The notes under the pieces were generated by a model. The model searched no databases. It was not told the origin of the DNA and saw only the letters and a list, made by a program, of their open reading frames with translations. A program made the translations under genes and the position numbers. From Rhodosorus marinus CCMP1338 (taxonomy: Eukaryota; Plantae; Rhodophyta), in NCBI GenBank assembly GCA_029953675.1, contig JAMWBK010000008.1, positions 558,001-622,000 of the forward strand: a DNA stretch of 64,000 nt. The letters run 5' to 3'. Of this stretch, positions 12,799-25,602 are shown piece by piece; position 1 is the stretch's first letter, and every line of letters begins with the position of its first letter.

Positions 12799-15700
12799 AT
12801 TCCCCACCCTCAACTATCCATCAAAAGCACCCCCTTCTTGTCCTACCAAACCAAACAAAAACAATCGTTGAAACCCATCATCACCCAAGACTAACGTCAG
12901 ATTGAAAAAAAACAAAAAAAAACCTTGTAGAAAGTGCCGTACCACTCGAGTAACTTCCTACAACCGCCCAAATGCTCCCCCCTGCTCTTTAGAACTTATA
13001 TTGAGCAGCTTCTTCTTCATCACTATCTGACCTCTGATGCCTCTCTCACGAAAAGGAAAACGGCCTAGGCGAACGGTGAGGAGTAGTGTAGCGGGGCAAG
13101 GGTTGGGGGGGGGGTAGGTGGAGGGCAGGAGCAATAAGGGTTGAAATCCCGATCAATTTTGTCATTGTACCCTCAAACGATGGCATTCAGCGGGCCAAAA
13201 CGCCAGGGGACGAGGTGGGCCGATGATACATTCTTCGAATAAACGAACTAGATACAAAAAAAAAAACGTCTCTTGATTATTTGAAGAATCTCACGTTATG
13301 GAGGAGGAAGCACTGAAATTAGAAAACTTTTTGATCGCTCAATGTGAAACGATCGCCTTGGCATTGGGAGTCCCCGGTCAAGAATACACTCTCACTCCTA
13401 CCCCCGTCCCGCGGAGAATTACAAATTTGAAAAATAGGAAAAAAAGATAAAATGGGCGAGGTCATTGAGGGGTTGTCGGAGATTGGGAGTTCGACATGTT
13501 CGTTTTTGGGTTGTTGTTTTTTTTTGGGGGGGGGGGGGAAAGGTAAACTGCACCAGAGGTGGTTCGGAAAGGGTGGGGGCTTTTAAGTGCTGAGGCAGCA
13601 ATGTTGCCGTGAATTTGAGGTTGGGATGATAGATGCAGTAATTTCTTCTCTGGATGTTTGCAGGAGGATAACTAGTCCCTTATGCTTGTCCTTATATCGC
13701 TAAATTTGCGTTCTGTTCGGTGTATGGTTTTGATGACAGATGGTCTTCGATATGGAAGGGGGTCTTTTCTAAGGTCGGTGGAGCAAAACACAAGATGCCT
13801 GATAAGCCTAATGGAGAATTCATCGGCTTATTCTCCTCCGGTGAGGGGCTTTATACTTTGAATGACCTCTTTAGCAGATTCTCACAACTACTTACTTGTA
13901 AATCCATTGCCTGCCACGGCCATAGCTGGTGGAAGACTTCTTCCTAATGCAAAACAAAAGCCACTGTCGAATCTGCGAGGACATTGGGTGATGTCATTTC
14001 GGTGACAATCCTCCATCCCCTTGCCCGAACAGGACAACCAACTACAGCATGCAGAAGACTAAGTTACCGCAGTGATTTGTTTTTGATTTTTTGAGATTCT
14101 CTCTCATTCAGCAAGCAAAGCTTTACAGCTCCTTCCCCAAGAGCTAAAACGAGACCTCCAAATCCCGCGGTCCCCGCTCAAAATAACGAGACCGCAACGA
14201 CCACTTTGATTTCAATCCTAACAAACAATTATTTTTAAAAACAATACACTTATCGAATTCCACAATGGCAAAAAAACTTGGGTTTCTCCACCTCCCCCCA
14301 AAAAAAATAATTTGTCAACACTGTCAGTAAATCATTCTGATCACTATTACTAGAAATCTTTTCCAAAAAAGGTTTAGACTTGAAAAACTTCTGCTCGTCG
14401 GGGAAACTTCTTAATAAGGACCAATGGGGTGGGTAAACATTGGCACAATCAACTGAAAAAACTCCGAATTTATCCTTTTTTAGAAACGAAGCAGGAATAG
14501 CTGGAATATACCGATATGGATGAAACGTTACTTGATCAAAAGTTTCAAAAACACTAGACTTATATTGTAACTGAAAGGTATATGATTGTTTTACTCGTTG
14601 TATATATCGTACATTATTATGAGCCTAATTACCCGGATTCTTGTGTGTGGATATTTGTTATAGAAAATCAGCAGCTGGATTACTAGCCAAATTGAGTTGC
14701 TTTGATGATTTTAAAGGGGTGGCTTCCTTGTCTAGTTTTAGGTCAGGCAATGCCGTTACGGAGGGCGGTGGTGCCTAAGAAGGAAGAAGTCGGCTTTTTG
14801 ATTCCTTTTTGAATGGTAGCTTATTTACTGTACCTTCTCCGTGCCGTGATTTACGGTCCCCACGTCGCCGTTCTGGTTCGCGTTGCGTAAGGCGGCAGTT
14901 GCTGCGCTCTGTCAGTTTGCCGGATCTGGTACATGAATTCGATACTGTGAGGTTTTCCCGCGAATCGATACGTTTTTCGCTTTTGTTGGAGATGAATTCC
15001 TATCTCGTGCTTTGCTTTGGGGAGAAGCAGGGCGGTGTTCATCGTCACCGAATTCGATGGTGTACACTAAAAGTCTCCTTCGTGAGTCCTCACAAGGGGG
15101 GTGCGTTTTTTCTAGTAAACGAATTCGTTGTTGTCAGCTAATATTCCAACCTGGGCCCTTTCAGTAGCTTTCGGTAAGGATCACAAGATCTCTGGAGGTG
15201 GCCCCTCTACAGGAAATTTGCGGAGTCTGTGAATCTAACAAGCAGCCGCACCAGGTCAACATTAAATTCGCTTCTGTGCATCGGGCGCCCCCTGCCAAGG
15301 GTGGAAAGGCCCCACGTAGGTACGTCCTAGTGTAGGCTTCATCCATGTCGCATCTATTTATCAGTCAGCTCCAATAGTTGGACAGTCTGCGACGCCAAAG
15401 CAAATAGACCGCGGATTCGCTCAGGCCAGAATATCGGATGAATTTTGCCATGGATGAAGAGTCGGACCCCCATAACACCCGCGTTTGCTCTTCTAGTAGC
15501 AGATTTGTCACAAGTACTCTTGGAGAGCGGAATGCAGAGAACATGATGGGACCTGACTAACCGTTACCATTCACCCAGGTTGGAAACCTCCTCTTTCAAA
15601 TCATTGAGATTCAGTTGAGTTCGTCGACAAAGATCACCCAGCGATGAATTTCATTGGTGTTCCACAGCAGATTGAACTCACACAAAGACGTAGATGGCCA

Positions 15701-16254
15701 CTCCCCAGAAATTCTTGAAACCCGGGAAACTTTACCGGGCAAAACCAGACAATCAAGGTAACGGATTCACGCCACCAGCGAGTAAACTGCCTGCCTTGAA
15801 TCCGTCCGTTGAATCCATAAGCAGAGAAGAAAATGTATCCCGGAACGCCCACGACAGCCCTAAGATTCTCCACATCTTATCTCCAAGCTCCCGTCCAGAT
15901 GCTATTGCATCATATCTTCCTAGAGAAGGCCGATCATCACTCCGCCTCTCATCATGGAGAGCTTCAATCGCAAGTGAAGTCGGGCGTAGAATGGTTTCGG
16001 AAGTGTCTGTCACATCTGCGCTGACTACTCCAAGCGTGCCCACGCGGGGCTATACGGGTGCCAATTTTATCCCCAGATCTTGATCCCCAGCGCGCCTAGT
16101 AAACTTACTGAGACTCAAACCAAGCTAACTACTTTCACGCTAACACAGTCCCAGCGCTCTAGGCTCAAGATATAAACCGCTGGTCGCCATGATTAAGTTA
16201 GAGCTTATCGCACGACAATCAACGAAAGCCCATTCTTGGATCCGATCCAAACGC

Positions 16255-16293
16255 ATTGAACAGGACGCGATTGTAAGTGGCAACCTGTTCAAT
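16255..16293. repeat. Perfect 10-bp inverted repeat with 19-nt spacer upstream of MIF
   Basis: ATTGAACAGG (16255-16264) ... CCTGTTCAAT (16284-16293). Confidence 0.8.
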
Positions 16294-16404
16294 CAATGAG
16301 GATCCAGATTTGGTCAGATATTGGATGCAGAGGGCCAGGGTGTGAAGGGGGTGGGTTATACTGTAGGTCCTGTTGTAAAAAACGAGTTGTATACAGAGAA
16401 CGAG

Positions 16405-16853
16405 ATGCCGTCCCTAAATATCTCAACCAACGTTTCCCTGCCGAAAGATGTGGAAGTGAAGGTGATGCTTGAGGCATCTCGGATAATATCAGAGGAGCTT
16501 GGAAAACCGATGAGCTACATCACTGTGAGTTACCAGACAGTGAGTATGATATGGAACGGTACAGGGGATCCGTGCGCACAGATGCGCCTCAGCAGTCTCG
16601 GGCTTCCAGTGGAAGCAAATTCTGGTATTTCTAACCGGATAGCAGCGTTGCTAGATGAGCATTGCGGTATCCCGCCGAACCGGTACTGTACGTGAATTCG
16701 TCAATGATCTATTTATTCATTGGAACCTCTTTCTCTTAAAAGTGGCCACTAACGCACGGCAGTTGTCTTCTTGTTCTCGGTCCGCTAGACCTCGAATTCG
16801 TTTCGCCTGAAAGATCGCACATGGGTTACAACGGGAAAACATTCGCTGGTTGA
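16405..16853 (+). CDS. MIF: Macrophage migration inhibitory factor (MIF)/tautomerase family protein, 115 aa; exons 16405-16687, 16789-16853
   Basis: MPSLNISTNV (catalytic Pro1), LGKPMSYI, DPCAQMRLSSLG, and spliced C-terminus PNRYYLEF..HMGYNGKTFAG. Intron GTACGT...CTAAC...TAG. Confidence 0.93.
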
Positions 16854-17622
16854 TCCAGAGAGTACTAGCCCGCTTTGATCTTAGGAGAGGGACATCGTTA
16901 GTAAAACCTTATCAAACAGATTTTGCTCCTCCGTTTCATGACCATCAAGGCGCTGAGAGAATGTCTCCAAAACAGATGCCCTGGTTTCCTCCAAGCTCGC
17001 CCACGTCAAAATCCCGTCCGGAAGTCATATCGGCAGACCGGGGCGGACACTGTGTGGGTCCAGAACCATTACTCGAGCTAGCTCATGTAGCGCGAAACAG
17101 GAGGCAGGGCGTGATCGCACATGAGGAAATATTCCACTCAATTCCCGCGTTCACAGCAACGTTTTTTGAGAGAAGAGCGCGCGGACCCAAGAATACTCCT
17201 GTCCGAGCAAGGTAGTTCTTGCTGCTCGCGTTCGTCAGCGAATTCGATGTCAATATAGTGATGAACGGATTCCCCCAGAATCGCAGTTCCATGAGCACGA
17301 AATGAGCCCACGCCTGGGTCATTTCCAATGTGTTTGTACTCATTCCCCAAGTGACCGTCGGTGCAGTTCTGCCTTCGTCTAGATGGAAGTGCTCATACTT
17401 CTCCCGTAAGCGAGCCTATTTTTTTGTAACTTTCAGTACAAAGCCTGAATTTTCTTGTCCTTGCGAAGCGGTAGACAAGTAATTCGCGGCCCAATATCTG
17501 CACTAGTCAAACAAACGCGTAGCATATGAATATTCGCGTCGGGACATCCTTCGCATGTCCCCAAGCAGGAGATGCTATCCTTCACATAAATGAAACAACT
17601 TCCTCGAGACAACTTCTGTTGC

Positions 17623-18849
17623 CTATCCTTCTCCTTGATACTCCAAATCTTCTTGCTTAAACTGCTTCTCGAAGAGGGAATCGAAAGAGGTGTTCTTAGC
17701 CCCCGAAGAATCGTTGTTGAGAAACTGGAGTGGGCTGGACGATCTCGCAATAAATGGATAGTTGACCATTATGCTCTCTGACGCAACAGGAGCAGGAGGG
17801 TCCTGCGTTGGAGAGAAATGAGTGAAAGATGGTTTAGAGGCAAAGTCCTGCTACGATTCGTCTCAACGCATTCGAGGATGTGATACCCGAAATACGTTTT
17901 TGAGGAAGGCGTAGCGAACCGTTGCTGGGAACGAGCTAATCGGTTGTTGCGATTCTTGAAAAAGTTTCGTGTTGTTCATCATCATCAGGACAATCTCGGC
18001 GTCAGTTAGTAGGTCAAACTTGCTGCTGAAACAGAAATGCATCATTCTCTGGTCCTCCGTCGTCTCAAGTGAAATGTCCCCGTTGAGGGCGGACTTGACC
18101 AACGCAAATGGGAAATTCACTCTGGAAGCAAGCCTCGGCGGTGACTCACCGAGCACCAAATTCCTGTTCCGGGCTCCCAGCCTCTGAAAAGCTGTATGTT
18201 GCATTCTGAGCTCGTTTAAGATTGATCTCTTGAGTTCAATACGAGACTTAACCGCGCTGTATTCCCTCTTTGAGGATGAGCCTCTGTTCAGTTCAACCCC
18301 TTTCCATTCAATAAACTTTCCGTCCTTCGCAATAGCTCCCACCGCTACGAGGACGTTCAGTGCATCATACACACGTCTCCTGACGTTTTTATCATACCCT
18401 GGCATATCCATTGGCCTCTGACCCTCCTCAAGGATTGCGCGCAAAGGAGATGCCTCATCACCCATCTCCAAAGCCAGTTCATCCGCTACATCACTGCAGT
18501 TAACCTTTCCAAGTCCGTAAATCTTACTTACAAGAGATTTAGATAGGGCCCTCAGACCCTTCGCCCCTCCCTTAGTAGGCGTAGTTTCAACCGGGATGTT
18601 TTCAATTCGGGCCTAAATCGTGAATACCAGTGAGCACCTACAAGTATCAGTCCGTCTGGAACTGAACACTTGCACAAAATACATTAACATAGATGTGCTC
18701 ACCTTCTTCCTCGGTGTGGTGCAGTGATCACCTGCCGAATGTTTGGGGTGTGTCTTTAGAAACTCACGATCTTCGTCATTAGCGACACACCTCATCAACT
18801 CTCCAGCCTTGGGGGCAGTAACCCGAGCTCCTCCACCAGCATGAATCAT
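17623..18849 (-). CDS. DP: E2F dimerization partner (DP) transcription factor; exons approx. 18849-18703, 18612-~17920, 17847-17623
   Basis: KGLRALSKSLVSKIYGLGKVNCSDVADELA winged helix, DEF box DKNVRRRVYDALNVLVAVGAIAKDGKFIEWKG, coiled coil, and FPFALVK...FDLLTDAEIVLMM. The last intron and the exact start are uncertain; the unspliced stop is at 17863. Confidence 0.9.
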
Positions 18850-19439
18850 CCTCTTGAACGCAAAACCTCCCCCTCCCCCACAAAAACCCGACGAAAACGA
18901 TGCTGCGTTATCTACCGATCCTCAAAGCTTCCTTCTTCCTCAAGCAGTCCATAACCCATCATCATCCATCCCCAACACCCAAGGTTATCCACCTACGTCT
19001 TCATCAACATGCACCTCCATACTATCTCACCAGGAGCTCCCGCCTTGAGTGCTAAGGACGGCAAACAGCCAGCCTCATCTATCCCGCGTTTCCTTTCATG
19101 ACGTACAAACGTTCCGGTCGCATACACTCCAGCACACAAACAAACGGAACTTTTTTTACTAAAAAAGGAAGAAAGCCTTCTGTCGTTCTTAGTAAGTCAA
19201 CGCATACGTCAACTAACCCCACTCTTTCCTTCCAGACAATTTCCCCATACTGGGTATCTAACCCTGACCCCTGAACAAGAAATTGAACAAACGTAGCAGT
19301 CCTCAATCATACCCCTTTTATTCTTTCATCCTTCCCATGATATGTATCTTTAAAATATTTACTTATTGATATTCAATTGTATGATAGGGGGTTAGTTTAG
19401 TGGTGGAGGGGGGGTATACTTGCTGGCTTTTTTTTTGTC

Positions 19440-19447
19440 GCGGGAAA
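19440..19447 (-). promoter_or_regulatory. E2F consensus site TTTCCCGC upstream of DP
   Basis: Plus strand GCGGGAAA, about 590 nt upstream of the DP ATG. Confidence 0.45.
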
Positions 19448-19631
19448 ATGTACTGCTGTTTGGAGAAGGGGGGAGGGGAAGGAGAGGGCACCAAAACAGC
19501 CAAAAAAAAGTGTGTGATCTGGGAAAGAGAGAAAATATGTACATGGAACGGTGTGTCATCGAGCTCTATTGGCTGCATTCCGATTCGTATTATTTCTGTT
19601 TCTTTTCCGTCGAATGAAAACACCGGAAACT

Positions 19632-19643
19632 TTTCCCGCGAAA
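19632..19643 (+). promoter_or_regulatory. E2F consensus site TTTCCCGC(GAAA) upstream of DP
   Basis: TTTCCCGCGAAA is near-palindromic and lies about 780 nt upstream of the DP ATG. Confidence 0.45.
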
Positions 19644-22600
19644 TATTCGCGCCCTTTTTATTTGACTGAATATTAGTCAAAAATATTCTTGTCTGTATTG
19701 GGGAAAATAGTTTCCGGTGGACGTGGGGGGGGGCGGGGGGAACATCAGGTAACATAGGGACGAGGCTAGTACGGAAGCTGGAGTAACGACTACTTCACTT
19801 AAAGCATTTGACAACGGATCCTAGTGGAAACGTTAAGGATCTTGGTTCCCGCTGATGTGAGTTCGATTTTGGTCATGGAATGCCCGAAAAATCCAGCTCT
19901 AATGGGTCTTTTTTTTGGATGGTGGCCCATCGATGGATTCCGTACGGTTGTAGAGGGTGGCCTGCGCTGGCAGGGCTAAGAGGTGGACCTGAATGGCATC
20001 CGTGGGAGGACTGTTTTACCGCTATGGAAATGGTTTAATCGAGGAAGCTGCCCAGGGAACCGTCTTGTCGGTGCGCTGGAACGGTTTGAACAAGAACCGC
20101 AGTGCTTGAGTTGTGAGTTCGGAAGGAACTTTGCATCTTTCATGTGGTGCTCAAGTGGTGAGGGTGATGTTGACCTCGCTTACCACTTGCGATGGGGTAG
20201 TAGCCCTTTGTGGTTCCTGCGGGCGTTGTGTGGAGACTGGGTGCGTCGGTGAGGTTTCACGCTTTCTATCTCTCGAATAGAAACCGCTTTTCCTCCGCCG
20301 AAGGAAGATATCATAGTGCACTACCGAAGGTGGAAATGTGTTATGAGTTGTGAAACAATAAGAATTCCTTGGCAGGTGCCCATCTCTAGCTCATGGTAGC
20401 TGCACGAGAACCCGTATTGGCGCTTTGCCGCGCCAACGGCTCGTTCCTAGCTTCTCCGGACTTTTTGAATGAGCAGCTTCTTATTGTGTTTGGGCCTGTC
20501 AAAACACCTGGCTCCACTGCTAACCCGATCTTCGAATTCTCATATAGTACCGCTAGGATCTATTGGGGATTGTGCCCCATTGCTCGTCGTTGCTCCCCAT
20601 CGACCCCGCAATGAATGACACAAGTCTAGTAGGTTAGCACATTGAAAGGTGTCTCTTTATCAGAACTGCGAACAGGCAAGCTGGAGAGGTACCAAATTGT
20701 TAATCTAGTCCTCGCTCTTGATAGCTGTTAGAAAGTTCTTGCGGAAACTTCCGTTAACTGCGAAGAGAAACGGCCAGAACATGGCTAGCGGTATCCGATA
20801 GTCCTGAGCATCGAGTAGGAAGCAGGACATCAGTAGCGAGCACCTCGGGAAGAATTTGCCCTTGCATTACCTGTTGATAAGTAGTGGACCTGAAACCACG
20901 AGCGAATCTATACGCCATGTACCCATACCTGAGTTCGAGAGTACCGAGAACAACGCAATTGTCATTGAGCTTGGGCGATTACGAGAACGAAACAGTATCT
21001 CCTTCCTCAACTCACCCTCCAATGAGAACGAAGTTCGGAACGAACGGCACAAGGCTCATTTTCGTCGGCTTCCTCACCGAAGAAGATCTCGGGGACACCC
21101 CTCGTGTTCGGATCCCAACCGCCCTACCCGAAATACCGGGAGTGAAGGAGCTAACAAACGCAGACATGGTCGATGTTCGGGATATCCTTAAAACCAACCT
21201 ACTGAAACAAAAGAATCGTTCAATACTCTCACCCAAGAAATTATGTCACAACTCCCCCGAACTGACTTCCAACCCCAAGAGTCGCTCCCAGCTCCACACA
21301 CTACAATGCACGTCAGCTTTGGGATATAATACTAATATCAATGCAGACATGCTGCCAGTCTAAAGTCCAGGACCACTGCGTTTCTCAGAAACCAGTTGAG
21401 GTTCAACGGTGATGGAGCTTTCTCGGTATTTCCCAGTCTCTCTTGACGAAACTTAGGGTAGAGTTTCATTCGGTCGTGACACACCAGTTGGAAACAGACA
21501 CGCTCGGGACCAGGGTCTCACCACAATCTGGAGAGCGGGAACGAGGAACAAGCAACAATACAGCGGAAACTTTCAGCCAATGTGGCCAAGAGATCCAACA
21601 CGAAATCGACGCCTGAACAGAAGGGATCTCTTACGGTTTCAAAGGGAAGGGAAAAGATAGGGAGCTTACAACTTGCTCCTAGCCCAACAGGCGAACCATC
21701 ATTACCTATGCAATCCCAAGCACTGGCTAAAGCAAACAGCCTCCTTCGCCCCCCCCAAAAAACTATCTTCCTTCGAAAACTGCAAGTACAAATAAAAACA
21801 ATACCATAGAAGCCAATACAGTACAATTCTAAACTTTTTATACCCCCTATCCACATCGTGCGTGGAACCTTTTAATACCTTCTAATTAAAACAATTTACG
21901 ATAATTCAGCTTATGCTTCTCAGATATTACCCTTTTGGTTCCTTGGCTGATACACGGTATAAACACTATCCGGTCCTATCGCTGTTTTGGCAAAAAAGAT
22001 CCGATAAATGAATGGAACAGCCTCTTGAAAAGATTTAAAAATAAACATGTACTATTCTGGTATTTTTGAAGAAACAATATTTTGCTAAAACAACATTGTT
22101 TGGTGCTCACGTAAAACTTGCCTGGCTAAATTCATTGTTTCCGGAGGGATTTGTTTTTAATATATATATTTTGATGTCTACCGGGAGAAGTTTGTGCTTT
22201 TATGGACGATATCGTAGAATTTGTCGATAAACACTCAAATTTGGATCAATAGTTACCTAGATATCTTTTAGTGCTCTTGAGGGTATTTGATGACCAGATT
22301 TTTTTTTGCGTAGGAAGCCGAGGATGGAGGTGAAGAGGTGCCGGGAAAGGTATAAGAGAGAGAGCGAGAGAGAGAAGGCATTGTGAAGTGGGAATATATT
22401 GAGCTAGAGTATTCTTTAAGGAGGGAGTATGTTACTTTCTATGTAATTTTGATGATTAGTGACTTGGTCTGTTTGGTTCTTGGTATTAGTGAGAGGAAGC
22501 TGTGTCAGTGCTGTATAGGGTTTGGGGGGTTAACGGCACAGAGAGAGAGAGAGAGCGGATTCTTCAGAGGTTATTATTGGTATTTGATTGATCCTGGACT

Positions 22601-22809
22601 AGAGTGTGGCTTTTCAAAGGATAAGGAGTGGACAGAGGAAGCTTTGTTCGGAGAAGCGGCAGAACTGGCTGAGTGGTTTACGTTCTAGATGGAGCTGGGG
22701 ACGGAGTCCTGAACCGGCTCTGCTTCCGGGCATGCGCTTTTATGGGTGCTTTGTTTGGGAAGTTTGAGGGTATAGGTTGTTATTTTCGTGAGAATACTGT
22801 ATAGCAAAG

Positions 22810-25233
22810 ATGACGGCACGAGTGGGAAAGTATCTCTTGTTTGAGACCCTTGGCACTGGGTCGTTCGGAAAGTACGCCCGTCCATCACGCCCCTCTTTGC
22901 TTTTCAGACTTTTGGATGCGGCTGGTACTTCGTGTTCTTTGAAATTTGCTGATTCTCGAGCTTCATATATCTGTGTGTGTCAGAGTCAAGCTGGGTGTTC
23001 ATGAAGAGACCGGGGACAGGGTTGCTATCAAAATTATGGACAAGGGGGACATAAAGGCTCACGAGATGGCTGCAAATGTGCGCCGTGAGATCGCGATAAT
23101 GAAAGCCCTGGAACACCGAAACATTGTAAATCTCCGGCAAGTTCTGACTTCTGCTAATAAGCTGTACATTGTAATGGATCTGGTGACTGGAGGAGAGCTG
23201 TTTACAAAAATCTACAAGCATGGAGCACTCCCAGAGCCGCTGGCAAGAAAATACTTCCAGGAGCTGGTGGATGGGGTTTCATACTGTCATAGCAAGGGAG
23301 TGTATCATAGGGACCTGAAACCGGAGAATCTCCTCATCGACGAGGCAACGGGATCTTTGAAGATAACTGATTTTGGTTTGTCAACAATGGTAGGGGCAAA
23401 TACCGCGGATGACCTACTCCACACCATGTGTGGGAGTCCGAACTATTGCGCCCCTGAAATAATATCTGGTTCGAAGACAGTAAGGACTAGTGGAATAGCC
23501 TGGATGCATAGGATCAGAAGCTTTCGCCTTCGCTGATCGCTAATTTCCATTTGCGCAATCCCGTAGGGTTATAGTGGCGCGAAGGTAGACTCTTGGGCTT
23601 GCGGTATTGTGCTGTTTGCGCTACTTACCGGATACCTGCCGTTCTACGACGACAACCAAAAGACGTTGTATCGTATGATTGCTACTCAGCCACCAAAGTT
23701 TCCATCGAACATGTCTGAGGACGCCAAGAACTTGACTAACATGCTCTTGAACAAGGATCCAACCAGAAGGTAGGAACGCTCCTTTCTATTGACCTGTCTC
23801 GTCTCTGCTGTTGGAAGCACTCTTCGCTTGAGTGACTTCGAGTTAAACCTTTGATCACCCGACGCCCAAATTCCCCACAGGGTAACAGTCGAAGCGGTGA
23901 AGGAGCACCCGTGGTTTAAGCAGTCCAGTGGTAGCGTTGAGAACATTAGAACCTCCCTTCGCCGGGGCTCCTCGAAAGAGCAACCGCGAAAATACCACTT
24001 CAAAGCCGCGGCTGCCAAGTCCGCGAAACCCCTAACGCTGAGGAGCATTCCAGAAACTGAACATACGGTCAAAGCCATCGAGCAGTACAGTCTGACCAAA
24101 GTTGGGGACAAACTGCAGAGATACGACAATGCGGTGCAGAGGTAATGGATGGGCAAGCGGCGTACTGGCTTGATTTGCCTTGAAATTTATCGATGTCTTT
24201 TACTGGCGTGCTGAGCAAGGAAACGTTCTTGTGATTGACACTGGCTCAGGTACCGAATTGTGTTCAGTCTGAAGCCGTTTGCGTTGGAGCTCAGCCGCGA
24301 CCTGAAGACCCCGAAAGATGCAAACTCGGAGACCTCCGTTGAAGCTTTGGTCGTCGCGGAGGCCATGGCAATGAAGCTGTCCTCGGAGCTCATTACCATT
24401 ACCGAGAAAGGAGAAAAGCATTGTAATACCTCTGACAAGGAGTTTGCCGCATTTGAAGAGCTTGTCGGCATGTTTGGTGCTCATGCTTCTTCAAGGCGCG
24501 TTGATTGGGTCAAAAAAGTCGGAGTCTCAGCAGAAGAACGAAGACGAGTCAAGGTGCTTATCGAGTCGTTGCAGCTGGACAAGTCGGGCAGTTTATCCAA
24601 TCAATCCAATAGCGGAAACAAAACAAACAGCACGCGGATGGAAAATCTGACCTCTGGGGTCGCTGCGGTAAGGGTGCCCCTCTTATTCCCGTACAAGGCC
24701 AGCCAGTGGCTAAACTTGTTTAACTTCTGCTCAGGTTTCAATGAACGGCTCTACTACTAAGCCCTTGACTGATCATTCACGTGAATCTAGTCAGCGTGGA
24801 AGCACGATGAGCGCATCCGGCTTTACCGCAAACCTATCCGGCCAGGAGTGTATTCAAATCGTTGGTCGGATTCTGACTCAGAATAGGTATAAGGTCTTCA
24901 TCAAGAAAAATGAGAACAAGCTGAAATGCGAAATCCCAATCGCCGGTGGGAGTGTTGTTCAGGTAGGGTGGGCAGTGCGGGCTTCGACTAGCAGGACAAA
25001 CTCAAATTGATGACATTTTCTTGTTTCAACTTGACCCCAACAAGGTCACTGTAACAGCCGTTGAAAACAACGGTTTGTGTACTTTGTCTCTGCGCAAGTC
25101 CAAGGCGGACAAGGACAAGGGGACTAAGGAATTGATGAAGTTTTCGAGGGATTTGCAAGCGATCTTTTTGTCCGAAGTAGATAAGAAACTTGATCAGGAG
25201 AGCACAGCAAAACAGCCATCGCAACCGAACTGA
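22810..25233 (+). CDS. SNF1-related/CIPK-like Ser/Thr kinase with a probable C-terminal KA1-like domain; 7 exons (22810-22871, 22984-23479, 23567-23769, 23881-24141, 24250-24667, 24735-24962, 25045-25233)
   Basis: GKYLLFETLGTGSFGKVK, VAIKIM, YHRDLKPEN, DFG, CGSPNYCAPE, GYSGAKVDSWACG, EHPWF; all six junctions are GT-AG and in frame. Confidence 0.93.
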
Positions 25234-25354
25234 GCCCACGCGTCAAATCAATTGCGCGTCCGTACAAGCCTAATTGTCGGTGTTCTTTTTGGTCAGAAGA
25301 CTCGGGGCAAGCTATGTTATATAATCCCGTCGGTTTGCCTCTGGTCTTGCTTGC

Positions 25355-25403
25355 TTTTGTTGTTGTATCTAAGCAGTGGTTTTGTTGTTGTATCTAAGCA
25401 GTG
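25355..25403. repeat. 24-bp direct repeat (period 25) between convergent kinase 3' ends
   Basis: TTTTGTTGTTGTATCTAAGCAGTG at 25355 and 25380. Confidence 0.9.
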
Positions 25404-25602
25404 CTGTAAATTTTTCTGAGCATACTACAAACGGTGGGAGCTTCTCCTCGGCCATAAAATAAATTTTTTTTAACTTGGGTATCGACAAACGCGTAGGTAA
25501 GCCGTGCGGGAGGGGCAGGGGCGGATGAGCCGACATGCCAAGCGCCCCAGAATCTCCCGGAATTTCCAGAGTACTCTGGAAGATAAATTAAATACTTTAA
25601 AA

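Noticed and set aside
13720-13947. Short ORF (PDKPNGEFIGLFSSGEGL..) briefly considered as a transposase fragment
   Set aside because: No diagnostic motif, GTG start, no TIRs seen.
15694-16083. Opposing 129-aa and 96-aa ORFs upstream of MIF
   Set aside because: No family motif and no consistent splice model; cannot choose a strand.
17083-17415. Exon-like minus-strand open frame after a TAG acceptor, downstream of DP
   Set aside because: No upstream exon could be joined and no family was recognised; DP already has a plausible terminal exon.
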